From contig NIVC01000736.1 of the NCBI GenBank assembly GCA_002269645.1, forward strand, positions 346,521-410,520: a stretch of DNA of 64,000 nt, given 5' to 3'. Both the position numbers and the translations under genes were made by a program. The stretch's first letter is position 1. Every line of letters begins with the position of its first letter. Under the pieces are notes generated by a model. It was not told where the DNA came from. It was given only the letters and a program-made list of their open reading frames with translations, and did not search any database. This document shows positions 1 through 12,654 of this stretch, one piece after another. The stretch comes from Macrostomum lignano (lineage: Eukaryota).

Positions 1-1
1 G

Positions 2-2362
2 TGGCGCAACTGCGACGCCAGGCTGGAGATCTGCGAGCAGGAGCTGCAGCAGAACCCGAACCGCCTGCTCGAACTGGCCGCCTGTCACGTGACCCAGCAT
101 GCGCATCACGTGATTGTGAAGCAGCTGGGCCGGAAGTTGATCGCGTCCAAGGGCTGGCCAGAGTGCTTGCTGAACTCCGCCTTCTGCAACAGCCTCGCTG
201 ACCAGGTGGGTTATCCGACTGAGCAGTTGCGAGTTCGATTCCTCACTTATTTGGCACTATAGAACAGAATAAACTGCCTTCAATGTTAAAATTCCGTTTA
301 TCATAGTGCTCACTGGCTTTTAGCCCTAATGTCCCTGCACAATTGGCTTTAACTAATAATTGCCTCTGAACGTCCACAGAATAGGCCCGAAACACCCCAC
401 ACAATGAGTCCTAATAATCCCACAGAATCGGCCCGAAACACCCCACATAATGAATCCTAATAATCCCACAGAATCGGCCCAAAACACCCCACATAATGAG
501 TCCTAATCATCCCACAGAATCGGCCCGAAACACCCCACACAATGAGTCCTAATAATCCCACAGAATCGGCCCGAAACACCCCACACAATGAGTCCTAATA
601 ATCCCACAGTATCGGCCCGAAACACCCCACATAATGAGCCCTAATAATCCCACAGAATCGGCCCGAAACACCCCACATAATGAGTCCTAATAATCCCACA
701 GAATAGGCCCGAAACACCCCACATAATGAGCTCTAATAATCCCACAGAATCGGCCCGAAACACCCCACACAATGAGCCCCAATAATCCCACAGAATCGGC
801 CCGAAACACCCAACATAATGAGCTCTAATAATCCCACAGAATCGGCCCGAAACACCCCACACAATGAGCCCCAATAATCCCACAGAATCGGCCCGAAACA
901 CCCCACGCAATGAGCTCTAATAATCCCACAGAATCGGCCCGAAACACCCCACACAATGAGCCCCAATAATCCCACAGAATCGGCCCGAAACACCCCACGC
1001 AATGAGCTCTAATAAACCAACAGAATCGGCACTAAACACCCCACACAATGAGCCCTAATAACCCCACACAATGAGCCATAATAACCCACACATTGAGCCA
1101 TAATAACCCCACACAATGAGCCCTAATAACCCCACACATTGAGCCTTAATAACCCCACACAATGAGCCCTAATAACTCCACACATTGAGCCCTAATAACC
1201 CCACACAATGAGCCCTAATAACCCCACACAATGAGCCCTAATAACCCCACACATTGAGCCCTAATAACCCCACACAATGAACCCTAATAACCCCACACAT
1301 TGAGCCAAAATAAGTCCCAATGACACTACTGCTGTGAACACTACCAGTAGTATCAATCAAACACCTGAACTCCGCCGCCCCAGTCGCCCGAGCCGGCGCC
1401 GCTCCGCTGCCAGTGGGACTCGTGCGAATATTTCACCTGCAACACCTGCGCCTTCTACCTGCATTGCTCCAATCACCGATTCGAGTACGAGCGCCCGCCG
1501 CCCCAGCAGAAGTTCAGGCAGTACAGGCAGCGCGAGCACCGCGGCATCCGGGACATGCCCTGTCTGTGGCGCGGCTGCGACCACGTCTGCCGCTCCATCA
1601 GCAACCTCACCGAGCACATCCGCTGCCACTCCAAGGAGAAGCCGACCGCCTGCCCGACCTGTGGCCAGAAATTCTTTAATAATTCAAAACTGCAGAACCA
1701 CCTGCTGAGGCAGGAGACGCCTAATCCCGTTCACAAGTGAGATTGGGGTTCCATGTTATCCCAGTGTGATCCAATCCCAGTGTGATCCCATCCCATCCCA
1801 GTGTGATCCTATCTAATCCCAGTGTGATCACATCCAATCCCAGTGTGATCCCATCCCATCCCAGTGTGATCCCATCCAATCCCAGTGTGATCCCATCCCA
1901 TCCCAGTGTGATCCCATCCAATCCCAGTGTGATCCCATCCCATCCCAGTGTGATCCCATCCCATCCCAGTGTGATCCCATCCAATCCCAGTGTGATCCCA
2001 TCCAATCCCAGTGTGATCCCATCCAATCCCAGTGTGATTCCATTCAATCCCAAAATGATCCTATCCAGTCTCATGATTATTCTATCAAATCCTCACTCGC
2101 CGTGATCTCCGACCCGCGTGCGCAGGTGCGACCAGTGCCACAAGTTGTTCAGCTCGCAGCGCATCCTCAGCGATCACATGCGCCGCCACGTGAACACGCA
2201 GAAGTGCCCCCACTGCGAGTTCACCCTGCCGACGCCCAGCGCTTTGCGGCGGCACCTGCAGATGAGGCACAGCGAAGAGAGACCGTTTGTGTGCACCGAG
2301 CCCGGCTGCGGGCACAGCTGCAAAACTGAGGACCAGCTCAAGGTGCTCAGCCCAAACTTGTG

Positions 2363-2406
<44 letters not shown>

Positions 2407-2410
2407 GGCT

Positions 2411-2478
<68 letters not shown>

Positions 2479-2624
2479 GGAAGGCAGGCAGACAGGCAGG
2501 CAGACAGGCACAGGCAGACAGACAGGCACAGGCAGACAGACAGGCAGACAGGAAGGCAGGCAGACAGGCAGGCAGACAGGCAGGCAGACAGACAGACAGA
2601 CAGGCAGACAGACAGGCAGGCAGG

Positions 2625-2674
<50 letters not shown>

Positions 2675-2877
2675 CACAGATAGACATATAGACAGGCAGG
2701 CAGGCAGGCAGACAGACAGACAGGCAGACAGACAGGCAGGCAGGCAGGCAGACAGACAGGCAGGCAGACAGGCAGACAGACAGACAGGCAGGCAGACAGA
2801 CAGACAGACAGACAGACAGGCAGACAGGCAGGCAGGCAGACAGACAGGCAGGCAGACAGGCAGACAGACAGGCAGGC

Positions 2878-2931
<54 letters not shown>

Positions 2932-3713
2932 CTTGTTCGTACATATCGGCAGCCACTATAGCCAGGCCACTCCCCCCAACCGTCCCGCAGGTGCACTCCC
3001 GACGGCACGATCGGTCGCTGCGCTGCGACATCTGCGACCAGCACTTCGTGACCACCCACTTCCTGTACCGCCACCTGTCCAAGGCGCACGGCTTCGACCA
3101 GCTGTCGCAGTCAGCCGAGCGGGTGTACGCCTGCCACCTGTGCCACCTGGTCACCAAGGACTCGCGCTGCCTGTCCCGCCACCTCATGCGGCGGCACCAT
3201 CTGAGTCGGCCAGCCGGGTTCTCCAAGTTTAGATTCGAACCCGGGACCGACGGCGTCTGCCGGCTGGTGCAGACCCGGCTGGAGAGCATCGAGGTCACAA
3301 AGGAGGTGCTCGGCAACGAGCTGGTTGAGCACCAGCTCAGCCTGCAACGGCAGCAGCAACAGCAGCAACAGCAGCAGCAGCAGCAGGAGCAGCAACAGGA
3401 AGAGCAGCAGGAGCAGCAGGTACGGCAGCAGCGCCAGCAGCAGCAGCGGCAGCACCACCTGCAGCGGCATCCCTGGGACTGCAAGGACGCCGCCGCTCAC
3501 CTGCAGCTGCCGCTGGTCCTGGGACCGCACGAGGACGACTTCCGGTTGGAGCGCCAGCAGGAGCAGGAAATGCTGCTACTAGAAGAGCCCGGCTACCAGC
3601 AACAGCAGCTGCAGGCCGCCGAGGACGAGTTCCTGCCGCTGCTCAGCGTGGTGACGCCCAAAGCCGGACCATCCGATGAGCAGTGCCTGTCTCTGGATAT
3701 CGGGGGGCTGTGA
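2..3713 (+). CDS. HINFP: Histone H4 transcription factor (HINFP/MIZF)-like C2H2 zinc-finger protein, 5' end outside the window; exons <2-205, 1384-1736, 2126-2342, 2991-3713
   Basis: All three introns are GT-AG and phase-compatible. The spliced peptide has CLWRGC..LTEHIRCHSKEKPTACPTCGQKFFNNSKLQNHLLRQ, CDQCHKLFSSQRILSDHMRRHVN..KCPHC..LRRHLQMRHSEERPF and FSKFRF..RLVQTRLESIEVT. These follow the HINFP finger series and C-terminal motif, then a polyQ tail. Confidence 0.9.
374..1312. repeat. Intronic minisatellite, ~46-bp unit (AATAATCCCACAGAATCGGCCCGAAACACCCCACACAATGAGTCCT) changing to a ~23-bp unit (AATAACCCCACACAATGAGCCCT)
   Basis: Directly visible tandem array filling HINFP intron 206-1383. 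Confidence 0.95.
1760..2062. repeat. Intronic minisatellite, 21-bp unit TGTGATCCCATCC(A/C)ATCCCAG
   Basis: Tandem array inside HINFP intron 1737-2125. Confidence 0.95.
2362..2928. repeat. (GACA)n/(GGCA)n tetranucleotide microsatellite
   Basis: Fills HINFP intron 2343-2990. Confidence 0.97.
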
Positions 3714-3739
3714 CTGTGGTATCTGTGCTGCGGTTCGGT

Positions 3740-4150
3740 GAGATCTCAAAAATTAGATGAGATCTCATGAAAATTTGATGGGATCTCAGGAAGATTTGAT
3801 GGGATCTCATAAGGAATAGATAGGATCTCATAGGGAGTAGATGGGATCTCATAGGGAATAGATGGGATCTCATAGGGAATAGATGGGATCTCATAGGGAA
3901 TAGATGGGATCTCATAGGGAATAGATGGGATCTCATAGGGGGTAGATGGGATCTCATAGGGAATAGATGGGATCTCATAGGGAATAGATGGGATCTCATA
4001 GGGAGTAGATGGGATCTCATAGGGAATAGATGGGATCTCATAGGGAATAGATGGGATCTCATAGGGAATAGATGGGATCTCATAGAGAATAGATAGGATC
4101 TCATAGGGAATAGATAGGATCTCATAGGGAGTAGATGGGATCTCATAGGA
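3740..4150. repeat. 21-bp minisatellite TAGATGGGATCTCATAGGGAA
   Basis: Tandem array just after the HINFP stop codon. Confidence 0.95.
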
Positions 4151-4841
4151 ATATCTGGTTCTGTAGAATCGATTTGATATCTCAGGAATTCGATGAGTTC
4201 TGTTGTACATGTATTTGATGGAGGGCCATACTTGTGTGTGCTTTATACTTTATGTAATTATGCTCTTATAACTCCCAGTTTTACTATGTAAAGTTTCACA
4301 TCTGCACCTGGGGCTGCTCTGATCATGTTTACAGAAACACTCAGTGGCTCAGTCTTTATGTTGCTGCTGCTGTTTTGCAACTCTTCAGGCATTGCTACAC
4401 TGCAATAATTCTCTGTTACAAAAAATTGTGTTTAGCATGCTGCGAGCGTTACACTTATCCGCACATAAACTAGCAGCTTTGCTAATTAATTAATTTCATT
4501 TGTTTATGTGGCAATCTTTGTGTTAAAATATGCGCTCGTTCATCTGTACATCTGCTAGTTTAGTTTAATAATAATAATAACTATTTATCTATTTATTTCT
4601 AATACCGGAAAATAACAATAATAAGCAAGACATTTTTCGACAGACTACTTATTTTAAAAAATGTTTAAGGTGATGCAGTATTTGGTTTTTTTCTATTAAC
4701 AAAAAATCGTAGAATTAATTTTTCTAGACAATGTGCCTCTACCTACTGACATTCCTGCCTAGTAGTGCAGTAAGAACGGGAGCTGTAAAAAGTTAAATAA
4801 CTTTGCCAATCGAAGCTCCTGAAAAAAAACTTGGATATTCC

Positions 4842-7466
4842 ATGAGTCACGTGACGGCAGCCGGAGGGGTTGGCGGCGCCAGTGCCAGCCAATCAGAAGA
4901 GGCCGTCCTGTCCAGCGTTCGCTCGGCAGTGATTTACGCCGATTCTGGCGCCGCCGATTGGATCAACTGGCGCCGGCTACTGCCGCGCCTAATCGAGCAC
5001 GGCGCGCTGGCTGTGCGCGAATTCCAGCCGGCTGAGAAACTGCAGCAGCAGCCAGCGGCCGCGGCCGTCAGGAAGGCCGTCTTCTTGCTGGCCGGCCGGC
5101 CGGACAGCCGGGTTGCCATGGAGACCCTGGCCGAGCTGGTGTCCGACACCGGACTCAATTATGTGATTCTCCTCACCGGAGCCTGTCCGGAGACCGCCGT
5201 GCTCATGGATGTCGAAGAGCACCTGGCCGGCTGGCTGGGGCACGGGGCCACCGCCCAGGTGAGGCCGCTGAAAACTTATTGAAAGTTTCTTACACTATAG
5301 GCTCGTATACACTATATTATATTTTTATTATGCATCTTGTAAGACATGCCAGTGTCTTTCAGACTACAAAAATATTCGGTGGCCCACGATTTCTAAGAAT
5401 CCGAATCCCACAAACCGTTTGCTCCTCTCAGGTTCGCTTCGTCCCTCTGGGTCACGTGACCCTGATCCGGCCGCCTGAGGACCACCGCTTGCCCGAATTC
5501 GTAGTCCTCGGCGGCGGCGGCGATGACGTCACCGACCCGGATGATGATGACGTCATCAGCGAGCCGATTGGCCACCTGGCTGGCCGGCTGCACAGCCTGC
5601 TGGCCGAGCTGTCGCTCAAGGAGGACATCCTCTGCCTCGGGCCGGCCGCCTCCCGTCTCGGCGACGCCCTGGCAGCCCTCGGGCCCGCAAAGGAGCGGCG
5701 CCGGCTGCCCAACCACCGGCGGGCGACTGTCGTGCTGGTGGATCGCGCGCTGGACCTGGTCGGGCCGCTCAGCTTTCTGGCGGACTCCTGGCTGGACACG
5801 CTGTGCAGATCTGGCCGCCCGCTGCTGGTCAGCGATGTGCACCTGGACCTCACCGCCTTCACCAGGTGCGCCGGCTGGAACTCCAGTGGGACTGAGTTGG
5901 GACTGGGGTGTTGCTGAGTTGGGACTGAGATGTGGCTGAGTTGGAGTTGGGACTGAGATGTGGCTGAGTTGGAATTGGGACTGGGATGTGGCTGAGTTGG
6001 AACTAGGGTGTGGCTGAGTTGGAACTGAGGTGTGGCTGAGTTGGGACTGAGGTGTGGCTGAGTTGGGACTGAGGTGTGGCTGAGTTGGGACTGAGGTGTG
6101 GCTGAGTTGGGACTGAGGTGTGGCTGAGTTGGGACTGAGGTGTGGCTGAGTTGGAGTTGGGACTGAGATGTGGCTGAGTTGGAACTAGGGTGTGGCTGAG
6201 TTGGAACTGAGGTGTGGCTGAGTTGGGACGGAGATGTGGCTGAGTTGGGACTGAGGTGTGGCTGAGTTGGGACTGAGGTGTGACTGAGTTGGGACTGAGG
6301 TGTGGCTGAGTTGGGACTGAGGTGTGACTGAGTTGGGACTGAGGTGTGACTGAGTTGGGACTGAGGTGTGACTGAGTTGGGACTGAGGTTTGGCTGAGTT
6401 GGGACTGGGGTGTGGCTGAATGACCCCTTCCAGCAGCTCAACAGCCAGTTTTCCTCTACCTGCTGCCACTGGCAGATCCCGCAGCGCCGCTCACCTGCCC
6501 ATCGGCTGCCTGTCCGGCTGTCTGGACAGCCCCCTCGGCCGGCGCCTGGCCGGCGGAGACGCCAAGCTGGCCGCAGGGAAGGCGGCCGCCGCGGCAGCCC
6601 AGCGGGCCCTGGCCGACGCCATGACGGCCGAGCGGGTGGCCTTCGACCCGGCGCTGCTCGTCGCCTCAACCTCGGCGGCCGGCAGCCCAGCGGGCAGCCT
6701 CGGCCTCCTGCTGGACCGGCTGGCCTCTGAGCGGCCGGGCCTGGCCTTCTCCAGCCGGCACTCCGGCACCGTCCAGCTGGCCGTGGCGGTGGCGCAGTCC
6801 CTGGCGGCCGCGGCCAGCGAGCGTCGGCAGCTTCAACAGCAGCTGGCAGCCGCCGTCCGCATCGAAAAGTCGATGCTGGGCGCCGCTGGCAGCCCGCCGG
6901 ACGAGCTCGCCGAGGTCCGAGCGGCAGCTGCCGCTGAAGCTCAAGCGGCCGGGCTGCCTGCCGACGCCCTGCTGGCGCTGAAGGTCATTGGTTCGAGCCT
7001 GCTGCCCGCGCCCAAAGCTGATGTTGACGCTGAAAGCGAGGAGACGGCGGCCATCCTCGGCCGGCTGTCCCGCGTCCGGGCCGGCCAGCCTCGCCTGCGG
7101 CTGGTGGACAACTCGGTGGTGCCCACCTACGCGCCTCTCGTTGCTCAGCTGGGCGCCGAGATCGTTGGCGCCGCTGGGGCGCGGGCGCCGGCGCCTCAGT
7201 CGGCACCATCGCTGCAGCTGGAGCACAAGTCCACCGGGATGGCCGGCCTGTTCGGCTACCTGGGGGTGTCCGGCAAGCCGAAGCTGGCCGAGTCCGAGCT
7301 GGTGCTGGTCTGCGTGATCGGCGGCGCCACCTGGGCGGAGCACCGGGCGCTGCGGGAGCGGCTCCGCCAGCTGCAGCCGGGCCGGTCGGTGGCGCTGGTG
7401 ACGGACCGCCTGCTGCGCGGCCGCGACCAGCTGATCGGGGCGCTACGGCGCGGCGAGCTGTGCTAG
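4842..7466 (+). CDS. SCFD2: Sec1 family domain-containing protein 2-like; exons 4842-5258, 5432-5865, ~6476-7466
   Basis: N-terminal AVLSSVRSAVIYADSGAADWINW..VREF..KAVFLL and C-terminal LVLVCVIGGATWAE..PGRSVALVTDRLL match the SCFD2 pattern; RATVVLVDRALDL is a Sec1 motif. Splice phases are 0 and 2. The exon-3 acceptor could be 6476 or 6485. Confidence 0.85.
5888..6418. repeat. 22-bp minisatellite GTGTGGCTGAGTTGGGACTGAG
   Basis: Tandem array filling SCFD2 intron 2. Confidence 0.95.
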
Positions 7467-7602
7467 CCTGGCTGTTGTTTCCATGGCAACCGTATTGTCT
7501 AGTCTTGGCGACACAATGTTCTGTTTTCCCGTGCCACTGCTTGTACTGAATCCAAATAATCGCCCCAGACACTACAGGCTCTCATAAGAACTTGAAGACA
7601 AT

Positions 7603-8008
7603 CGCAGAAGAATCGCCCCAGACCCAGCTGCCAGGAATCGCCATAGACCCAGCTGTCAGAATCGCCAGCTGGGTCAGCTGGGTCTATGGGTCTATACAGC
7701 TGGGTCTATTCTCCAGCTGTCAGAATCGCCCCAGACCCAGCTGTCAAGAATCGCCCCAGACCCAACTGTCAAGAATCGCCCCAGACCCAGCTGTCAAGAA
7801 TCGCCCCAGACCCAGCTGTCAGGAATCGCCCCAGACCAGCTGTCAGGAATCGCCCCAGACCCAACTGTCAAGAATCGCCCCAGACCTAGCTGTCAAGAAT
7901 CGCCCCAGACCCAGCTGTCAGGAATCGCCCCAGACCAGCTGTTAGGAATCGCCCCAGACCAGCTGTCAGGAATCGCCCCAGACCAGCTGATAGGAATCGC
8001 CCCAGACC
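7603..8008. repeat. ~25-bp minisatellite AAGAATCGCCCCAGACCCAGCTGTC
   Basis: Tandem array between the convergent 3' ends of SCFD2 and GTPBP6. Confidence 0.9.
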
Positions 8009-8335
8009 TCCCACAAACTATGAAGATTTTCGCTTGAAATCTGTTTTCATGATTGCCCGCTATTAATCCAGAGTATTCAGTGAAGCTGTGAATTCTGGTC
8101 TTTGAAATGAACTTTCACGCGTATAATAAATAAACTCGTATTTGCCTCTTCATACGAGGTGCGGATTCAATTTCCGATGCAAATTGGCTTTCAATGAAAC
8201 GAACTCAGCTTTTGTCTCGGTTTATTTTATTCAAGTCATATCCTGTACAAAAGGCGGACACGAAACACGCAAAGCACATGAAATGCTTCTCGAGCACCCG
8301 AAAGGCACCCAGGTTAAGTGGCTGAATTTTCACTC

Positions 8336-11300
8336 TCAGAAGCTTCCGGCTGGCCGGAACCGGGCCCGGAACTTGGCCAGCTGCTGCGGCGACATCAGCA
8401 GCCGCATCGCCAGCTGATCGCCGCCGCCTTGGCTGGCGGGCACTGCGGACTCGACAGTCACGCCCTGCTGCTCCAGCCAGGTGTACAGCCGGGAGGCCGG
8501 GGAGCAGCGGAGACGCACGCGCTGGTAGCCCAGGCCGGAGATGAGCCGCGACTGCAGACGCCGCTGCAGCTCAACCAGGTTCAGCCCCGTCTCGCATGAC
8601 ACCAGCAACGAGTCCTCTGGCGGAGCCGGCGGCTGCGGCGACTCAGAGTCAGTCTGGTGGAAAATGGGATTGCGGGAAAGGGGATCACACTGGGGAGATG
8701 GGATCAGACTGGGGAGAGGGGATCACACTGGGGAGATGAGATCAGACTGGGAAGAGGGAATCACACTGGGGAGATGGGATCAGACTGGGAAGAGGGGATC
8801 ACACTGGGGAGATGGGATCAGACTGGGAAGAGGGGATCACACTGGGGAGAGGGGATCAGACTGGGAAGAGGGGATCACACTGGGGAGAGGAGATCACACA
8901 GGGGAGAGGGGATCAGACTGGGGAGAGGGGATCAATCACACTGGGGAGAGGGGATCAGACTGGGGAGGGGGGATCACACTGGGGAGAGGGGATCACACTG
9001 GGGAGAGGGGATCACACTGGGGAGAGGGGATCAGACTGGGGAGAGGAGATCACACAGGGGAGAGGGGATCAGACTGGGGAGAGGGGATCAATCACACTGG
9101 GGAGAGGGGATCAGACTGGGGAGGGGGGATCACACTGGGGAGAGGGGATCAGACTGGGGAGAGGGGATCACACTGGGGAGAGGGGATCAGACTGGGGAGA
9201 GGGGATAACACTGGGGAGAGGGGATCACTCTGGGGAGAGGGGATCACACTGGGGAGAGGGGATCACACTGGGGAAAGGGGATCACACTGGGGAGAGGGGA
9301 TCACACTGGGGAAAGGGGATCACACTGGGGAGAGGGGATCAGACTGGGGAGAGGGAATCACACTGGGGAGGGGATCACACTGGGGAGAGGGAATCACACT
9401 GGGGAGATGGGATCACACTGGGGAGAGGGGATCACACTGGGGAGATGGGAGCAGACTGGGGAGAGGGGATCACACTGCGGGGAGGGGATCACACTGGGCA
9501 GATAGGATAAGACTGGGGAGAGGGGATCATACTGGGGAGAGGGGATCACACTGGGGAGAGGGGATCACACTGGGGAGAGGGGATCAGACTGGGGAGATGG
9601 GATCACACTGGGGAAAGGGGATCACACTGGGGAGATGGGATCAGACTGTGGAGAGGGGATCACACTGGGGAGAGGGGATCACAATGGGGAGATGGGATCA
9701 CACTGGGGAAAGGGGATCACACTGGGGAGATGGGATCACACTGGGGAAAGTGGATCACACTGGGGAGATGGGATCACACTGGGGAGAGGGGATCAGACTG
9801 TGGAGAGGGGATCACACTGGGGAGAGGGGATCACACTGGGGAGATGGGATCACACTGCGGAGATGGGATCACACTGGGCAGATGAGAGCAGACTGGGAAA
9901 AGCCCAGGCTCGCTCACTGAGTCCAGCAGCAGGTCGCACTTGTTGTAAACCGTCAGCATGCCGTTGCGCAGCTTCTCGGACAGTCCGAGTTTGTCCAGCG
10001 TGTCCGAAACTGTCCGGCACCGTTCCGGCCAGTCCGGATCGCTGCAGTCGACCACGTGGAGCAGCTGGTCGGCGTCCAGCGAGTCGCGCAGGGTGCAGCG
10101 GAACGGAGCCACCAGGCTGGTGGGCAGGTCGGACAGGAAGCCGATGGTGTCCACCAGCAGGCAGGGGAGGCCGCACGGCAGGCGGCAACGGTGGTGGCTG
10201 CTGTGCAGGGTGGCGAACAGCCGGTCCTCGGGCAGCAGAGACGACTTGCGGGCCAGCAGCGACACTAAAGAGGTCTTGCCGGCGTTGGTGTAGCCCACCA
10301 CCGCCACAGTGGGCACCTGCGAATACAGATGGGTTGGGTTCAGGAATTTTTTCCTTCCCGGACCCTGCATCCCAACCCCTTTCTCTCACCCTGCATCCTC
10401 AACCCCTCCCCGACCCTGCATCCCCAACCTTTTCTCTCACCCTGCATCCCCAACCCTTTCTCTCACCCTGCATCCCCAACCCTTTCTCTCACCTTGCATC
10501 CCCAACCCTTTCTCTCACCTTGCATCCCCAACCCTTTCTCTCACCTTGCATCCCCAAACCTTCCCCGACCCTGCATCCCCAACCTTTTCTCTCACCCTGC
10601 ATCCCCAACCCTTTCCCTCACCCTGCATCCCAACCCTTTCTCTCACCCTGCATCCCCAAACCTTTCTCTCACCTTGCATCCCCAACCCTTTCTCTCACCT
10701 TGCATCCCCAACCCTTTCTCTCACCCTGCATCCCCAACCCTTTCTCTCACCTTGCATCCCCAACCCCTTCTCACACCCTGCATCCCCAACCCTTTCCCTC
10801 ACCCTGCATCCCCAACCCTTTCCCTCACCCTGCATCCCCAACCCTTTCTCTCACCTTGCATCCCCAACCCCTTCTCACACCCTGCATCCCCAACCCTTTC
10901 CCTCACCCTGCATCCCCAACCCTTTCCCTCACCCTGCATCCCCAACCCTTTCCCTCACCCTGCATCCCCAACCCTTTCCCTCACCCTGCATCCCCAACCC
11001 CTTCCCTCACCCTGCATCCCCAACCCCTTCCCTCACCCTGCATCCCCAACCCCTTCCCTCACCCTGCATCCCCAACCCCTTCTCTCACCCTGCATCTCCA
11101 ACCCTTTCTTTCACCTGTCGCCGCCGCGCCTCCCCCTTCGCGGTCTTCCTGGCCTCGATGTCAGCCAGTGCCGCCCGCAGCCTCTCTGCCTCGGCCTCCA
11201 AGGCGTCGAGGGCCCGCTGCCTGCCGGTGGCCTCAGAGGCGGCCCGGCCGGCGGCCACGGACTCCGGTGAGACGACGGCGGTGCGGGCGAGACGCAGGGG

Positions 11301-12445
11301 GATCTCGGCCAGCTGGATCTGCAGCTTGGACTCGCGCGAGGTCGCCCGGTCGTTGAATGCCTGCAGCACCACCGAGTAGCGGTCCAGCACCGGCCGGCGC
11401 CACTCCGCGGACAGGTTGTACGACTGCGGCGGGAGGGCGCGAGGTTTTTGACTGGTGTGTGAACAATCTAAATGCGTGAACAATCTAAATAAATGTGTGA
11501 ACACTGGGAAATGCGTGAACAATCTAGAGAAGACTGTGAACTATCCAAAGAAATATGTGAATACACAAATTAGTAAACAATCCAGAGAAATGTGTGAACA
11601 ATCCAGAGAAATGTGTGAATTATCTAGAGAAATGTGTGAATATTCCACAGAAATGTGTGAATATTCCACAGAAATGTGTGAATATTCCACAGAAATGTGT
11701 GAATATTCCACAGAAATGTGTGAATAATCAAGAGAAACGTGTGAACAATTTAGAGAAACGTGCGAATAATTTAGCGATATGTGTGAATCATTAAGAGAAA
11801 TGTGTGAATCATTTAGAGAAATGGGTGAATAATCCAGATAAATTTGTGAATAATCAAGAGAAATGTGTGAATAATCAAGAGAAATGTGTGAATAATTTAG
11901 AGAAATGTCTGCACAATTCAGATAAATGTGTGAACAATCCAAAGAAAGTGTTAATAATTTAGAAAAAAATGAATAATTTAAAGAAATGTATGAAAAATCC
12001 ATAGAAATGTGTGAACAATTCATAGAAATGTGTGCACATTCCATAGAAATGTGTGAACAATCCAGAAAAATGTGTGAAGATTCCAGAGAAATGTGTGAAC
12101 AATCCAGAGCCAGCTCACCTGCATGCCGCTCAGCATGGCCACATTGACGAAGACGGCGGTCGCCTCGCTGCGCCGCACCTGGCTGGCGAGCTGGCTGTAC
12201 ACCCCGCTGGTGAACACCCACTGGGTCCGCTGCTTCATGTTGACGCTGAAGCAGCCCGACACCGACCAGCCATCGATGGATTTCACCAGAGCGCGCGCCT
12301 CGGCCAGCTGCCGCTCCGGTGGCACCGAGTCCCGGTGGCCCCGCAGCTTCCGGCGCAGAGGCTGGACGATCAAGACGCTGTGCCAGCGACGCGGCAGCTG
12401 CGGCCGAAGGCGCTGGCAGCGGCGGCAGGACTGAGCTGCGAGAAG
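8336..12445 (-). CDS. GTPBP6: HflX-family GTP-binding protein 6 (mitochondrial ribosome factor); exons ~12445-12119, 11423-11115, 10316-9918, 8653-8336; start codon not found in the first exon
   Basis: QLAEARALVKSIDGWSV, VLDRYSVVLQAF..A..RESKLQIQLAE, G1 VAVVGYTNAGKTSL, LFATL, G3 DTIGF, LLHVVD and G4 VYNKCD. All three introns are GT-AG in phase 0. The 5' boundary is uncertain. Confidence 0.9.
8678..9897. repeat. ~20-21-bp minisatellite; sense (minus) strand TGTGATCCCCTCTCCCCAG
   Basis: Fills GTPBP6 intron 9917-8654. Confidence 0.95.
10360..11112. repeat. ~26-27-bp minisatellite; sense strand GTGAG(A/G)GAA(A/G)GGGTTGGGGATGCAGG
   Basis: Fills GTPBP6 intron 11114-10317 and starts exactly at the splice donor. 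Confidence 0.95.
11455..12105. repeat. Degenerate 21-bp minisatellite AGAGAAATGTGTGAA(C/T)AATCC
   Basis: Fills GTPBP6 intron 12118-11424. Confidence 0.9.
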
Positions 12446-12654
12446 CTGCAGTGCGGTAGGATCAAAAAATCCCCTGAGATCCTGTAGAACGGATTTGCTC
12501 AGAGCCAGCGGTTCTGCTAGATGCAGATCGCAATGGGATTAACTGGACCGCTTTTGGGACAAAACATTTCTTATAGAGAAGAGGCCGGACTCGTGTCAAC
12601 ATCCAATGTCAATATGTACGAGAATGTCTCACGAAGTCTAATGGATTATGGACA

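Noticed and set aside
225-250. tRNA gene (GTTCGATTCC B-box-like motif)
   Set aside because: No cloverleaf or properly spaced A-box; at most a SINE remnant.
8541-11379. Long ORFs 8541-9920, 9635-11356 and 10309-11379 as real proteins
   Set aside because: They are translations of stop-poor minisatellites antisense to GTPBP6 introns; phase-consistent splicing explains the region.
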